From NCBI GenBank assembly GCA_050260395.1, contig JBLNCC010000124.1, forward strand, positions 5,997 through 69,996: a stretch of 64,000 bases of DNA, written 5' to 3'. The position numbers and the translations under genes are program-made. Below are positions 48,570 through 58,021 of this stretch, piece by piece (the stretch's first letter is position 1; each line of letters opens with the position of its first letter). The notes beneath the pieces are model-generated. The model was not told the origin of the DNA. It made no database searches and saw only the letters and a list, made by a program, of their open reading frames with translations. The DNA comes from Betaproteobacteria bacterium (GTDB taxonomy: Bacteria; Bacillota; SHA-98; UBA4971).

Positions 48570-49505
48570 TCAGCGCGATATCCTCGTGCCGCTCCGGCCA
48601 TCGAGCGCCTCCAGGCACTTGTCGAGGGACGTGATTATCGCGAGCCCGCCGGACGAAGCGAAGTTTATGGACGCTTGCACCTTGGGGCCCATGCTGCCCG
48701 CCTTGAAGTGTCCCTCGGCCATGTGACGTCTGGCTTCCTCTATGGTCATGCTGTCGAGAAAGACCTGTGATGGGGTGCGGTAGTTGAGCGCAACCTTCTC
48801 CACGTCTGTCAGGATGAGCAACACATCCGCACCGATGTCCGTTCCCAGCTTAGCGCTGGCGAGATCCTTGTCGATGACCGCCTCGACGCCGCGTAGCGTG
48901 TCTCCTTCCTTGATAACGGGGATGCCGCCGCCGCCCGCAGCGATGACCACCTCTCCCCTGTCGAGGAGGCTCTCGATGGCACGCCTCTCGAATATCTGAA
49001 CAGGAAGCGGCGACGGGACCACCTTGCGCCAGCCGCGGCCGGCGTCTTCCTTCCACACCTCACCCCGCTCTGTCATGAAGCGCTTCGCCTCTTCCTCCGA
49101 GTAGAACGGGCCGATCGGTTTGGTCGGATTCGCGAAAGCGGGATCGACGGGGTCCACCACCACTTGCGTGAGCACTGTGACGACCGAGGCCCGCAGACCC
49201 TCGCGGACGATCTCGTTGTGCATGGCCTGCTGGATCATGTAACCGATGAGACCTTGGCTCTCAGCTCCGCACACGTCGAGCGGCATCGCGGGGACGATGT
49301 CGCGCGCGCTGTGGTTTTGGATGAGGATGTTCCCGACCTGCGGACCGTTGCCGTGCGTGATGACTACCCTGTGACCCCTTTTCAGAAGCTGAACGATGCT
49401 CCGGCACGTGGACCTGACGTTGTTCATCTGCTGCTCGGCGGTGCCCTTCTCGCCGGGCTTCAGAATAGCGTTGCCCCCAAGCGCCACAACGATCGTCGTC
49501 CGCAT
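48570..49505 (-). CDS. carbamate kinase
   Basis: MRTTIVVALGGNAIL N-terminus, amino-acid kinase family, 311 aa. Confidence 0.85.
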   Translation of the reverse strand: MRTTIVVALGGNAILKPGEKGTAEQQMNNVRSTCRSIVQLLKRGHRVVITHGNGPQVGNILIQNHSARDIVPAMPLDVCGAESQGLIGYMIQQAMHNEIVREGLRASVVTVLTQVVVDPVDPAFANPTKPIGPFYSEEEAKRFMTERGEVWKEDAGRGWRKVVPSPLPVQIFERRAIESLLDRGEVVIAAGGGGIPVIKEGDTLRGVEAVIDKDLASAKLGTDIGADVLLILTDVEKVALNYRTPSQVFLDSMTIEEARRHMAEGHFKAGSMGPKVQASINFASSGGLAIITSLDKCLEALDGRSGTRISR

Positions 49506-49631
49506 GTCGTCCTCTCCTCCCCCGGATGACCGGTCCGCGGTCCTCTCCCCTGTTGCCGAGAGCCACGGCCCGCCCGAATTTGGTCCATCCGTTCCCCGCC
49601 TGCCGCTGCCGCTCCCGAAATACGGAGCCTG

Positions 49632-50174
49632 TCAGAACTCCGGCGGCGTGATCGCGGAGATGAAAACGAGGTCCTTGTTGCCGACGCTCGTGATCTTGTG
49701 CGGGATAGCGCAATAGTAGTAGATGCTGTCGCCTTCCTCAAGGTGGTAGCGCTCATCCCCCACCTGTATATCCATGGCGCCCTGTAGCACCACGGTACAT
49801 TCCTCGCCAGGATGCGCCAGGGGCTCCTCGCAAGTTGAAGTGCCGGGCTTGAGCGTCGCCATCATGACCTCCATCTGTCTGTTAAGGTCGGGCGACAGGA
49901 GCTCGAACGCCAAGTGGGACCGGGGAAACTTCAGTGTCTTCCGGCTGTCCTTCCTCACCACGGGGCTATAACCGTCCGAATCGAGGAGAAAGTAGAATAT
50001 GGGCACATCGAGTGCCTCAGCGATCTTGCGCAGCGACGTAATGGACGGCTCAGCCACGTCTCTTTCGACCTGGCTCAAGAAACTCGCTGTGAGCCCCGTG
50101 AGCGCGGCGAGTTCGCTCAGGCTCTTCCCCTGTTCCCGGCGCTTTTCGCGGATCTTTTTACCGAGCAACATCAT
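49632..50174 (-). CDS. XRE-family HTH transcriptional regulator with C-terminal cupin sensor domain
   Basis: HTH_3 (KSLSELAALTGLTASFLSQVERD) plus a cupin beta-barrel. Confidence 0.75.
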   Translation of the reverse strand: MMLLGKKIREKRREQGKSLSELAALTGLTASFLSQVERDVAEPSITSLRKIAEALDVPIFYFLLDSDGYSPVVRKDSRKTLKFPRSHLAFELLSPDLNRQMEVMMATLKPGTSTCEEPLAHPGEECTVVLQGAMDIQVGDERYHLEEGDSIYYYCAIPHKITSVGNKDLVFISAITPPEF

Positions 50175-51526
50175 TCCCCCTGCGTCAGAAGGTCGCCTGC
50201 GCGCGCCCCGAGCACCCGCTCCAACTCTTCGATGGCCGGACCGACCTCTATGGGAGGGGGCGCAGCCCGCTCAGCGTTGGCGATGTCTTTGAGCCCGTTG
50301 CCGGTGGCGATGATGACAACCGTCTCCTCACGGTCTATGACGCCGCCCTCGAAAGCGGCGATAAGGCCCGCGAGGCTAGCGGCTCCGGCTGGCTCGCTGA
50401 ACACGCCGGTTGTCGACCCGAGCAACCTCATGGCGCGGAGGATCTCGTCATCCGTCACGGCAACCATGTTACCGCCGGACTCGCGCACGGCGTTCAGGGC
50501 CTTCGTCGGGTTGCGAGGCACCCCCACCGCTATGCTATCGGCCAGGGTGTTCTCGGGCCACGGCCGGAAGCGGTCGGCGCCCGACTTGAACGCCTCCACA
50601 ATGGGCTGGCATCCGGCGGCTTGGACGCCGAGGATGCGCGGAATTCGCGTTATGAGGCCGGTCCTCCAAAAGTCGTGGAAACCTTTGTACACACCGGCTA
50701 TGGTGCAGCCGTCGCCGACCGAGACCACCACCCAGTCGGGGACTCGCCACCCGAGCTGCTCGCATATCTCGAAGCTCACGGTCTTCTTGCCTTCGACGAG
50801 GTATGGGTTGATTGCAGCGTTGCGGTTGTACCAGCCCCACTTGTCAATGGCGGCCGCCGAGAGCAAGAAGGCGTCGTGGTAGGAGCCGTCTACGGAGACG
50901 ACCGAGGCACCGTACATGAGCAGCTGCATGAGTTTGCCGCGGGGAGCCCGCCTGGGCACGAAGATGCACGACCGCAGGCCCATCGACGCGGCGCACCCTG
51001 CGAGCGACGAGGCGGCGTTGCCCGTGGACGCGCAAGCGACGACGCGCCGGCCGGCCGCCTTCGCGCGGACGGCCGCGATGGCCGACGCCCGGTCCTTGAG
51101 CGACGCCGTCGGGTTCACCCCTTCGTCTTTCACGAAGACGGAGCGCGCCCCGAGGGCGCGGGCAAGGCGATGCGCGTCATAGAGCGGGGTCCACCCGATC
51201 CGAAGCGGCGGCCTCTCCCAGGCTGGGTCAACGGGCAGGAACGCCGCGTAACGCCACATGGAATCCTCGCCGGCGGCAAAGACCTCGCGGCCAGCGTCGC
51301 ACCCTTTGTCTCCGCCTATCCTGCGCGCGATGGCGTCGTAATCGTACACCACGTCCAGAATGCCCTGGTTGCCGCAGGATGGGCATGTGAGCGCCCAGCC
51401 TCCGCAGCTCTCGTGCTCCACGACCGCGCCACACGTCGTGCACTGAAGATGCTTCACATGGTCCAACTGCGGTCCCCCTGGCATCTCCCCGGAATGGCTC
51501 AAGCCGCTCCCTGCATGAATCGTCAC
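50171..51526 (-). CDS. threonine-synthase-like PLP-dependent enzyme with N-terminal Zn-ribbon
   Basis: NPTASLKDRAS lysine motif and CTTCG...CPSCG ribbon. Confidence 0.6.
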   Translation of the reverse strand: MTIHAGSGLSHSGEMPGGPQLDHVKHLQCTTCGAVVEHESCGGWALTCPSCGNQGILDVVYDYDAIARRIGGDKGCDAGREVFAAGEDSMWRYAAFLPVDPAWERPPLRIGWTPLYDAHRLARALGARSVFVKDEGVNPTASLKDRASAIAAVRAKAAGRRVVACASTGNAASSLAGCAASMGLRSCIFVPRRAPRGKLMQLLMYGASVVSVDGSYHDAFLLSAAAIDKWGWYNRNAAINPYLVEGKKTVSFEICEQLGWRVPDWVVVSVGDGCTIAGVYKGFHDFWRTGLITRIPRILGVQAAGCQPIVEAFKSGADRFRPWPENTLADSIAVGVPRNPTKALNAVRESGGNMVAVTDDEILRAMRLLGSTTGVFSEPAGAASLAGLIAAFEGGVIDREETVVIIATGNGLKDIANAERAAPPPIEVGPAIEELERVLGARAGDLLTQGE

Positions 51527-51712
51527 GTTCCGGGCTGTTTAGCGTGATTTAACAACTGGCTAATATATTCAATCCTCATTGAAGAGATCCTTCCGACCGT
51601 GGAAGGTTTTCGTCGCGAAACGGTCGCACGAAGCCCGGGAGGAATCTTGCTGCAAGCGGCGGCCACATAGACTGATGAGAGACGAGGACTCGAGTCCCGG
51701 GAGTGACGGCGT

Positions 51713-53017
51713 GTGGAATGGGGAGTGATACGCATCGTGTCCAGGGAAGGCGGGTGCCGTTTGGATCGCTTCCGCTTGCATCGCTTCGCAACATCCCGCA
51801 CCGTGTTGCTGACCGTTGGCCTGGCTCTGCTCGCGGCAGCCATCGGCGCGCGGATCCTATCTTCGCACCCTGCCACCTCCGGCGGTGGTGTCGTCCTTGC
51901 GCCGCGCGGCCGGGGCGACAGCGGCGCGCGCGTCCAGGTTCACCTCTTCTACAGCTCGGCCTGCCCAAGTTGTGAGATCGCAAGGTTGCAAGTCGCTCGG
52001 CTCGTCGCCCTGAGGCCGCAAGTCTCGGTTGTCGAGCACGACGTCGCGTTCCCCGCAAACCAGGCCTTGCTCCGGGCGTTCTGCTACGCCGCGGGCGTCC
52101 CGGCCGACTCCAGGCGCACTGTGCCCATGGTGTTCCTCGGGCCGCGCTACCTCACCTCACGCGACATCACCCTCGAGCACCTGCTGAGGCTAGTTGACGG
52201 GCACGACCCCCAGGCAGGGTCTCTCGATATCGGAGACGAGGAGATCGAGGCGGCAGAGCGCGCCTTAAGGAGAGAGGGCTCCATGCTGACCGCGGCTATC
52301 GTCGCTGCCGCAGGGTTCGTAGATGGGATCAACCCGTGTGCCTTCGCCATCCTCGTCTTCCTCGTGTCGTATCTGACGTTCGCGGGCAAAGACAGGCTGC
52401 AGATCCTCGCGACTGGCGTTGCGTTCGCAGGAGGGGTCTTCGCGACGTATGTCGCAGCGGGCTTCGGGCTGCTCAGGGTCATGCGCGCCTTCCGGGGCAT
52501 GCCCTTCGTTCACAGGGCGGTGTATTTAGCGGCCGCCGTCATGTGCTTTGCACTAGCGGCCGCGACGATACATGACTTGCTGCAAATGCGCCCGGGGTTT
52601 CCCTCCAACGTGAAGTTGAGGCTCCCCCGCCGCCTCACGAAGTTCGCCCACGCCGCGATCAAGCGTGCGGCATCCTCGCCTCATCTTGGGGCGGCGGCCC
52701 TCCTGACCGGGGCGGTCGTCGCAACCACGGAGTTCGTATGCACCGGCCAGTTGTATTTGCCTACCATCGCATACATGGTGCAGGCAGGTGGCGATTCGGG
52801 ACGACCCGCTGCCATGTTGATCCTGTACAACCTGGCGTTCATAGCGCCGATGCTATGCGCGGTTACCCTCACATATCTCGGCACGACGTCGGAACGCTTG
52901 GCGGCTTTCACGCGACGTCAGGCTACGACAGTGAAGGCTGCCATCGCACTGGTCCTGGTCTGCCTGGGGAGCTATCTCGGCCTGGAGTTTCTCGGAATGC
53001 TAGGCTTGGGGGCGTAG
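51713..53017 (+). CDS. thioredoxin-like domain fused to CcdA/DsbD-type transmembrane thiol:disulfide electron transporter
   Basis: Periplasmic-type CPSC thioredoxin-fold segment followed by 6-8 TM helices with the GINPCAF and second Cys motif of the CcdA/DsbD core. Confidence 0.65.
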   Translation: MEWGVIRIVSREGGCRLDRFRLHRFATSRTVLLTVGLALLAAAIGARILSSHPATSGGGVVLAPRGRGDSGARVQVHLFYSSACPSCEIARLQVARLVALRPQVSVVEHDVAFPANQALLRAFCYAAGVPADSRRTVPMVFLGPRYLTSRDITLEHLLRLVDGHDPQAGSLDIGDEEIEAAERALRREGSMLTAAIVAAAGFVDGINPCAFAILVFLVSYLTFAGKDRLQILATGVAFAGGVFATYVAAGFGLLRVMRAFRGMPFVHRAVYLAAAVMCFALAAATIHDLLQMRPGFPSNVKLRLPRRLTKFAHAAIKRAASSPHLGAAALLTGAVVATTEFVCTGQLYLPTIAYMVQAGGDSGRPAAMLILYNLAFIAPMLCAVTLTYLGTTSERLAAFTRRQATTVKAAIALVLVCLGSYLGLEFLGMLGLGA

Positions 53018-53128
53018 GGGTGTGGTGTGGTCGCGCTGCCGGGGCGCCCGGGTGTCGCGCAGCTTGCCTGGGTGTCAATGATACCAAGAGATAGCAGGTC
53101 GAAACGAGGTGCGGGCGCGGCCCGTGGA

Positions 53129-54538
53129 TCACGAAGCGGCATCCCCAGCATCCCGCAGCAAAGCCTGCACGGCCAGCGCGCACTCGATGCGCTTCTTCTG
53201 GATCGCGCACGCCACGGGTTCAGGGGTGAGGATATCGCCCGACGAAAAGTAGGCATTTGCGTGGCACCCGCCGCTGCAGATGAACCGCGCCCAGCACTCG
53301 GCGCAGCCGCGCTTCGTGTAGACGTGTGCGCCCCGGAACCTCTCCACGAGCACTTCATCCATTTCGCCCTCGAACACGTCGCCCATGAGGAGCTCGCGTT
53401 GCCCCACGAACTGATGGCATGGGTACACGCTCCCGTCGGGCGCCACAGCGAGATAGTCCACGCCCGAGCCGCAACCCGCGAGGCGTCGCGCAAGGCACGG
53501 GCCGCCCTCAAGATCCACGTTGAAATGGTAAAACGAGAACCCCTTTCCCTCGGCGTGTCGCTCAAGAAAGAGCGTGGCCAGGCGCTCGTATTCCCGGCCG
53601 ATGGCGTCGAGGTCGCCCGCGCGGATGCCGTAAGACGCATCCCGCCCCCCGACCACGGGCTCCACGGATATGCTCCCGCAACCGAGGTCCGCGAGGTGCA
53701 TGACGTCGGACGCGAAGTCTAGGTTCGCCCTGGTGTAGGTGCCACGGACGAAGTACGACTCGGGCGCGCGGCTTCTCACGAACCGTTGCACCTTGGGCGC
53801 GACCACATCGTAGCTCCCGCCACCTCCCGGCGCAACTCGCATCCTGTCGTGCGTCTCTTTGCGCCCGTCGAGGCTGAGCACTACGAGCATGTCATTATCG
53901 GTGAGGAACCGGGCCACGTCCTCATCGAGCAGAACCGCGTTGGTGGTCAAGGTGAAATCAATGTGCTTCCCGAGGCGCTCTGCCCTCGCCCGCCCATACT
54001 CGACGGTGGACTTCACCACACCGAAGTTGAGGAGCGGCTCGCCGCCGAAGAAATCCACGTTGAGGTTGCGGCGCTTGCCCGACCGCGCGAGGAGGAAATC
54101 TATCGCCGCCCGAGCCACCCGCTCAGGCATAAGCTCCCTCGTCATGCCGAAGTTTCCGGTCTTGCCGAAGCAGTATCGGCATCTGAGGTTACAGTCATGC
54201 GCCACGTGGAGGCAAAGGGCCTTGACGAGCACCTCGCCCGAGGGCTCGTACGGCTCGTCTGGGGCGAAAGGAGGAGAGAGCCTTCCAGATGAGACCATCT
54301 CGTCGATCTCGTCGTAAGCTTCGGCGACTGCCTCCTCACCGTGAACCGGCCCCAAGCTGCGGACGACCTCGTCTCTCGACCCAGGGCCCCCGTACGCAGC
54401 GGCCACATCGCAGGCCACGCTGTCGAGCTCGTGGAGGCCGCCTGTCTTCACATCGAGCAGAAGGTTCACCCCAAGCACCGAGAACACGTGCCAGTTGGCT
54501 TCCTTGCGGGCTTCGCGCGAGCCTCCTGCGCCGGGCAT
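53129..54538 (-). CDS. SCIFF (six-cysteines-in-forty-five) radical SAM/SPASM thioether-forming maturase (CteB-like ranthipeptide synthase)
   Basis: CNLRCRYCFG radical SAM motif, C-terminal SPASM CAECWARFICSGGCHANA, N-terminal WHVFSVLGVNLLLDVKTGGLHELD peptide-binding segment. A cognate SCIFF peptide gene lies 150 nt upstream. Start moved to the internal Met; ORF is open back to 54766. Confidence 0.8.
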   Translation of the reverse strand: MPGAGGSREARKEANWHVFSVLGVNLLLDVKTGGLHELDSVACDVAAAYGGPGSRDEVVRSLGPVHGEEAVAEAYDEIDEMVSSGRLSPPFAPDEPYEPSGEVLVKALCLHVAHDCNLRCRYCFGKTGNFGMTRELMPERVARAAIDFLLARSGKRRNLNVDFFGGEPLLNFGVVKSTVEYGRARAERLGKHIDFTLTTNAVLLDEDVARFLTDNDMLVVLSLDGRKETHDRMRVAPGGGGSYDVVAPKVQRFVRSRAPESYFVRGTYTRANLDFASDVMHLADLGCGSISVEPVVGGRDASYGIRAGDLDAIGREYERLATLFLERHAEGKGFSFYHFNVDLEGGPCLARRLAGCGSGVDYLAVAPDGSVYPCHQFVGQRELLMGDVFEGEMDEVLVERFRGAHVYTKRGCAECWARFICSGGCHANAYFSSGDILTPEPVACAIQKKRIECALAVQALLRDAGDAAS

Positions 54539-54687
54539 CCCGGGCCAAGCCCCATCGACATCCCCGTTCCCACGGACCCTGGAGCTTTCGGCCTGCCGGG
54601 CGGCCTCCAATCGCCGCGTCGCGTCTGCGCCCTGCGCCCCCGCGCTGCCCGGCCGGGCGGCGGGCTCTCGCTCGGGCCTTCGGAGGC

Positions 54688-54858
54688 TCACTTCTCGCGC
54701 TGCCGGCATACCTGATTGCCGACGGTGCACGAAGTCTTGCACGCCGACTGGCACGAGGCCTGGCATTCCTTGCAGCCGCCCACGCCGAGGCCGGCCTTCG
54801 TCGAGCCCTCGCTTACCGTGCGAATGTGCTTCGTCGCGATCTTCCGCGCCACAACCAC
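54688..54858 (-). CDS. SCIFF ranthipeptide precursor (six Cys in the C-terminal ~25 aa)
   Basis: Translation ...HIRTVSEGSTKAGLGVGGCKECQASCQSACKTSCTVGNQVCRQREK* has the invariant SCIFF core GGCxECQxSCQSACKTSCTVGNQ. GTG start sits 5 nt after AAAGGAG. Below the 60-aa ORF-track cutoff. Confidence 0.8.
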   Translation of the reverse strand: MVVARKIATKHIRTVSEGSTKAGLGVGGCKECQASCQSACKTSCTVGNQVCRQREK

Positions 54859-55238
54859 CACGTCTCCTTTATGTAAATCTCTTGCGTCAGCACCCAGGTC
54901 TCGCCGGGCCCGGATACCTGTGGCAGACCCGGGGCGTTCCAGGGAACATTATAGCATCAGCTTCCTCCACTGCGAAAGCCACCAGCCAGAATTTCCGCCG
55001 GAATCACCCAAACAGGCGTTGCCTGCTTCGTGTCCCGAGGCTATAATTATCCCGAAGTCGTTGCAGCGGGAGGTTCCCGGCCGCGTTTGCGGTCACCGGC
55101 ATGGGCTCCGCCCCGTCCCTCGAGCCGTGCGCCGATGCGGGGCGCGGCGATGCTTGTTGCCCGTGGCACGCCGTTGCCCGCAAGACCACGTTACAGGAGC
55201 AGTCGCAGGCCAGGCGACCTCCAGGGAGGAAAGCGTTC

Positions 55239-56189
55239 ATGTTGTCTGCTGTGCCATCATCATCAACCCCGCAGCGCCTGCGCGGGCTCATCCAGCTCGC
55301 CGACCCAAAGATATGGGTCGCGTCCACCGTCCCCATGTTCGTGGCGGGCGCGCTCGCTTTCGCGGACACGGGCCGCTTCGCGATAGGATGGTTCCTAGTC
55401 ACGCTCGTCGGAATCTACGCAGTTGAAGTTGGCAAGAACGCCGTGAACGAAGTGGTCGACTGGCGCTCCGGCGCCGACAGGTTCGTAGCGCCCGAGGACG
55501 CTACCCCGTTCTCCGGTGGCAAGAAGACCATAACCGGCGGCCTGCTCTCCGAGCGAGACGCCATCTGGATAGCTATGGGCAGCTTCGCACTGGCGGCCCT
55601 CGCAGGTCTACCCATCGTCCTCTTCCGGACTTGGCACGCCTTCTGGATCGCCGCGCTCGGTGGATTCCTGGCGTTCGCCTACAGCGCGCCGCCCTTCTCA
55701 TTCTGCTATCGCGGCCTCGGGGAACTCGTAGTGGGGGTGACCTTCGGCCCGCTCCTCTCGCTCGGCACCTACGTGGTCCAGACGGGGGAGCTTTCCGTGA
55801 GGCCGGTCGCGCTTGGGATCCCCCTCGGGATCCTCATCGCAAACGTCCTCTGGATCAACGAGTTCCCTGACTTCGAGGCGGACAGGCGCGCGAATAAGCG
55901 AAACCTCGTGGTCCGCATGGGGAAGGCCAGGGCCAGAGTGGTGTACGCCTGGCTCCTCGGCCTTGCCGAAGCGGCCGTCATCGGCGTGGCCGTGTACCTG
56001 CGCAACCCGTGGGCGCTTCTGGGCCTTGCGGGAAGCATGGAGGCGTGCCGCGCCGCCAAGGTCTGCTGGCGCGCATACGATTCCACGGCCGAGCTCGTGC
56101 CCGCCAACGCCGGCACGGTGAAGACCTACATCCTCACGGGCGCCGGGCTCATCGCGGGAGCATTGCTAGGACGTTGGCTGCCCTTGTAG
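55239..56189 (+). CDS. UbiA-family aromatic prenyltransferase (MenA-like)
   Basis: NEVVDWRSGAD and NEFPDFEAD(RRANK) Asp-rich motifs, 8-9 TM. Confidence 0.75.
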   Translation: MLSAVPSSSTPQRLRGLIQLADPKIWVASTVPMFVAGALAFADTGRFAIGWFLVTLVGIYAVEVGKNAVNEVVDWRSGADRFVAPEDATPFSGGKKTITGGLLSERDAIWIAMGSFALAALAGLPIVLFRTWHAFWIAALGGFLAFAYSAPPFSFCYRGLGELVVGVTFGPLLSLGTYVVQTGELSVRPVALGIPLGILIANVLWINEFPDFEADRRANKRNLVVRMGKARARVVYAWLLGLAEAAVIGVAVYLRNPWALLGLAGSMEACRAAKVCWRAYDSTAELVPANAGTVKTYILTGAGLIAGALLGRWLPL

Positions 56190-56297
56190 CATCCGGCCAG
56201 CGGCCAGCCGCCGTCCAGCTGCCACAGCGTACGGCGGTCGCGCGCCGCCCCACGCCGTGGCCGTGGGCTGAATCATGGAGTGACGGGCCCGGGGCGT

Positions 56298-56999
56298 TCA
56301 GGACCAGTCCCGTCTCTGCACCCACCATATCGACGCGGCGCAGCCCACGGCGTAGACCACGATGCCCGCGCAGGCCACAACGAGAGGGGCGGCCCAGGAC
56401 CGTCCCAGAGCCCCTAGCCAGTCAGGCGCCCGTACCTGCGCGCGTTGGAGGACCGCGGACGCGGCCATGACCACGGCGAACACGCCCAACATGACGATGC
56501 GGTTATAGGCGGCCGCCCTCGCGTATCCGAGGCAGAAGAACATCGCCAGGTACACCGCCACGAGCACCAAAAGCAAGCCGAAGAACGCCGCGACCGAGAT
56601 GAATGTCTCGACGACCAACCCCGAAACGCCCTGTGGCGCTCCGACCGGCGCTCCGATCCCGACGCTCGGTCCGATGAACCCCTCGGCGACGACGGCAAGC
56701 CCCCCGGAGAACACCGCGAAACCAACCGCCACGATGAACGTGGACACGAACTTGCTCGCGACGATGGCAGCGTCGGAAAGGGGCAGTCCCTTCAGGAAGA
56801 GGAGCGCCCCATTCTTGTCGTCGTCATAAGTGGACCTGATGGCGAACCCGTAAACGGAGAGAGTCATCTGAAGGGCGATCACCGCGCCGACGTCGCTCAT
56901 CGCGAACGCGAGACTTATCGCGATGGCCGCACCGACCGCCAGGTAAAAAGCGAGCATCCTCCTACCCTGGATGATGTCCTTCCACACGAGGTCTAGCAC
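56298..56999 (-). CDS. ABC-2 family exporter permease
   Basis: 6 TM, follows the ATPase gene with a 4-nt overlap. Confidence 0.55.
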   Translation of the reverse strand: MLDLVWKDIIQGRRMLAFYLAVGAAIAISLAFAMSDVGAVIALQMTLSVYGFAIRSTYDDDKNGALLFLKGLPLSDAAIVASKFVSTFIVAVGFAVFSGGLAVVAEGFIGPSVGIGAPVGAPQGVSGLVVETFISVAAFFGLLLVLVAVYLAMFFCLGYARAAAYNRIVMLGVFAVVMAASAVLQRAQVRAPDWLGALGRSWAAPLVVACAGIVVYAVGCAASIWWVQRRDWS

Positions 57000-58021
57000 C
57001 CTTCACTCCCCCTTACGATCGCGACCAGGATATCGTCGAGCGAAACCGGAACGACGCGCGGCCTTGTCCCGGCTAGATGCGAGATCTCCCTCTCCACGTC
57101 TCCGGAAAAAGCCTTTGTGATGCCGGTGAAGGTGAGGCCGTCGATCTTGTGCGCGGCAAACGCCCTCCCAAGGACTCCTTCCATGGCTCGTTCCACTCTC
57201 TCCCTCGCCTCGGCGACGGCAGACTCGAGGCGGGCGGGGTCGGACGCGCCCCTCGCCTCGGGCGGCAAGGGAAGGGGGAATGAAACCCTCTTCCACCTGG
57301 CAAGCACATCGTCTTTCACGTCGGAGATGACGACCCGCCCTTCATTAATGAACGTGACGTAGTCCGCGACCTTCTCCACGTCCTGTGTGATGTGGGTCGA
57401 GAGGAACACGCTCCGCTCCTCGTCCTGGATGACGGACATGAGTTCCGCCAGGACGTCGTGGCGAACGACCGGATCGAGCCCGCTCGTCGGCTCGTCGAGT
57501 ATCAGGAGCTCCGGCCTGTGCGAGAGAGCGAGCGCGAGTCCGAGCTTCACCTTCATGCCTTTGGAGAGGGCCTTCACGGGCTTCGACGGTTCTATCCCGA
57601 AGCGTTTCAGGGTCGCCCTGTAAAGGCGCGCGTCCCATGTGGGGTAGTACTTGCCGACGAAGCCGCCGAGCCAGGCGGGAGTGACCTCCTGGTAAAAATG
57701 TGGTTCCTCGCCCAGATAGCCCACATGCCTCTTCACCTCGGTCTCGAAAGCCACGTGGTCGAGGCCGAGCACCTTGACGGTGCCGCCGGACTTCCTCACC
57801 ATGTTCATTACTATCTTGATGGTCGTGCTCTTTCCCGCGCCGTTGGGCCCGAGGAACCCCATGATGTACCCCCTCGGCAACACGAAAGACACGTCCTTGA
57901 GCTCGAACTTGGGGTATTTCTTGCCCACGGCCGACAGCACGAGCGCGGGCGCTTCGGGCTGCCTGGCGCCCTTGGCCACAGCCGCCGCAGTCGCCGCCGT
58001 CGCCGCTACCGTTACCATCAC
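56993..58021 (-). CDS. ABC transporter ATP-binding protein
   Basis: GPNGAGKST, LSKGMKVKL, ILDEPTSGLD. Confidence 0.8.
   Translation of the reverse strand: MMVTVAATAATAAAVAKGARQPEAPALVLSAVGKKYPKFELKDVSFVLPRGYIMGFLGPNGAGKSTTIKIVMNMVRKSGGTVKVLGLDHVAFETEVKRHVGYLGEEPHFYQEVTPAWLGGFVGKYYPTWDARLYRATLKRFGIEPSKPVKALSKGMKVKLGLALALSHRPELLILDEPTSGLDPVVRHDVLAELMSVIQDEERSVFLSTHITQDVEKVADYVTFINEGRVVISDVKDDVLARWKRVSFPLPLPPEARGASDPARLESAVAEARERVERAMEGVLGRAFAAHKIDGLTFTGITKAFSGDVEREISHLAGTRPRVVPVSLDDILVAIVRGSEGC

Noticed and set aside
54539-54766. N-terminal 76 codons of the 53129..54766 radical SAM ORF
   Set aside because: Over-extension through the intergenic spacer toward the SCIFF peptide gene, whose stop (54688) lies 150 nt upstream of the corrected start. 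The SCIFF-maturase N-terminal motif starts right after the internal Met.
54716-55426. 236-aa plus-strand ORF across the SCIFF/UbiA divergent region
   Set aside because: Runs antisense to the SCIFF peptide gene and has no domain signatures. High-GC genomes generate many such long antisense ORFs; similar cases are 1228..1563, 3642..4208, 11380..12057, 13298..14107, 23709..25019, 27588..30296, 47685..48770 and 60300..61229.
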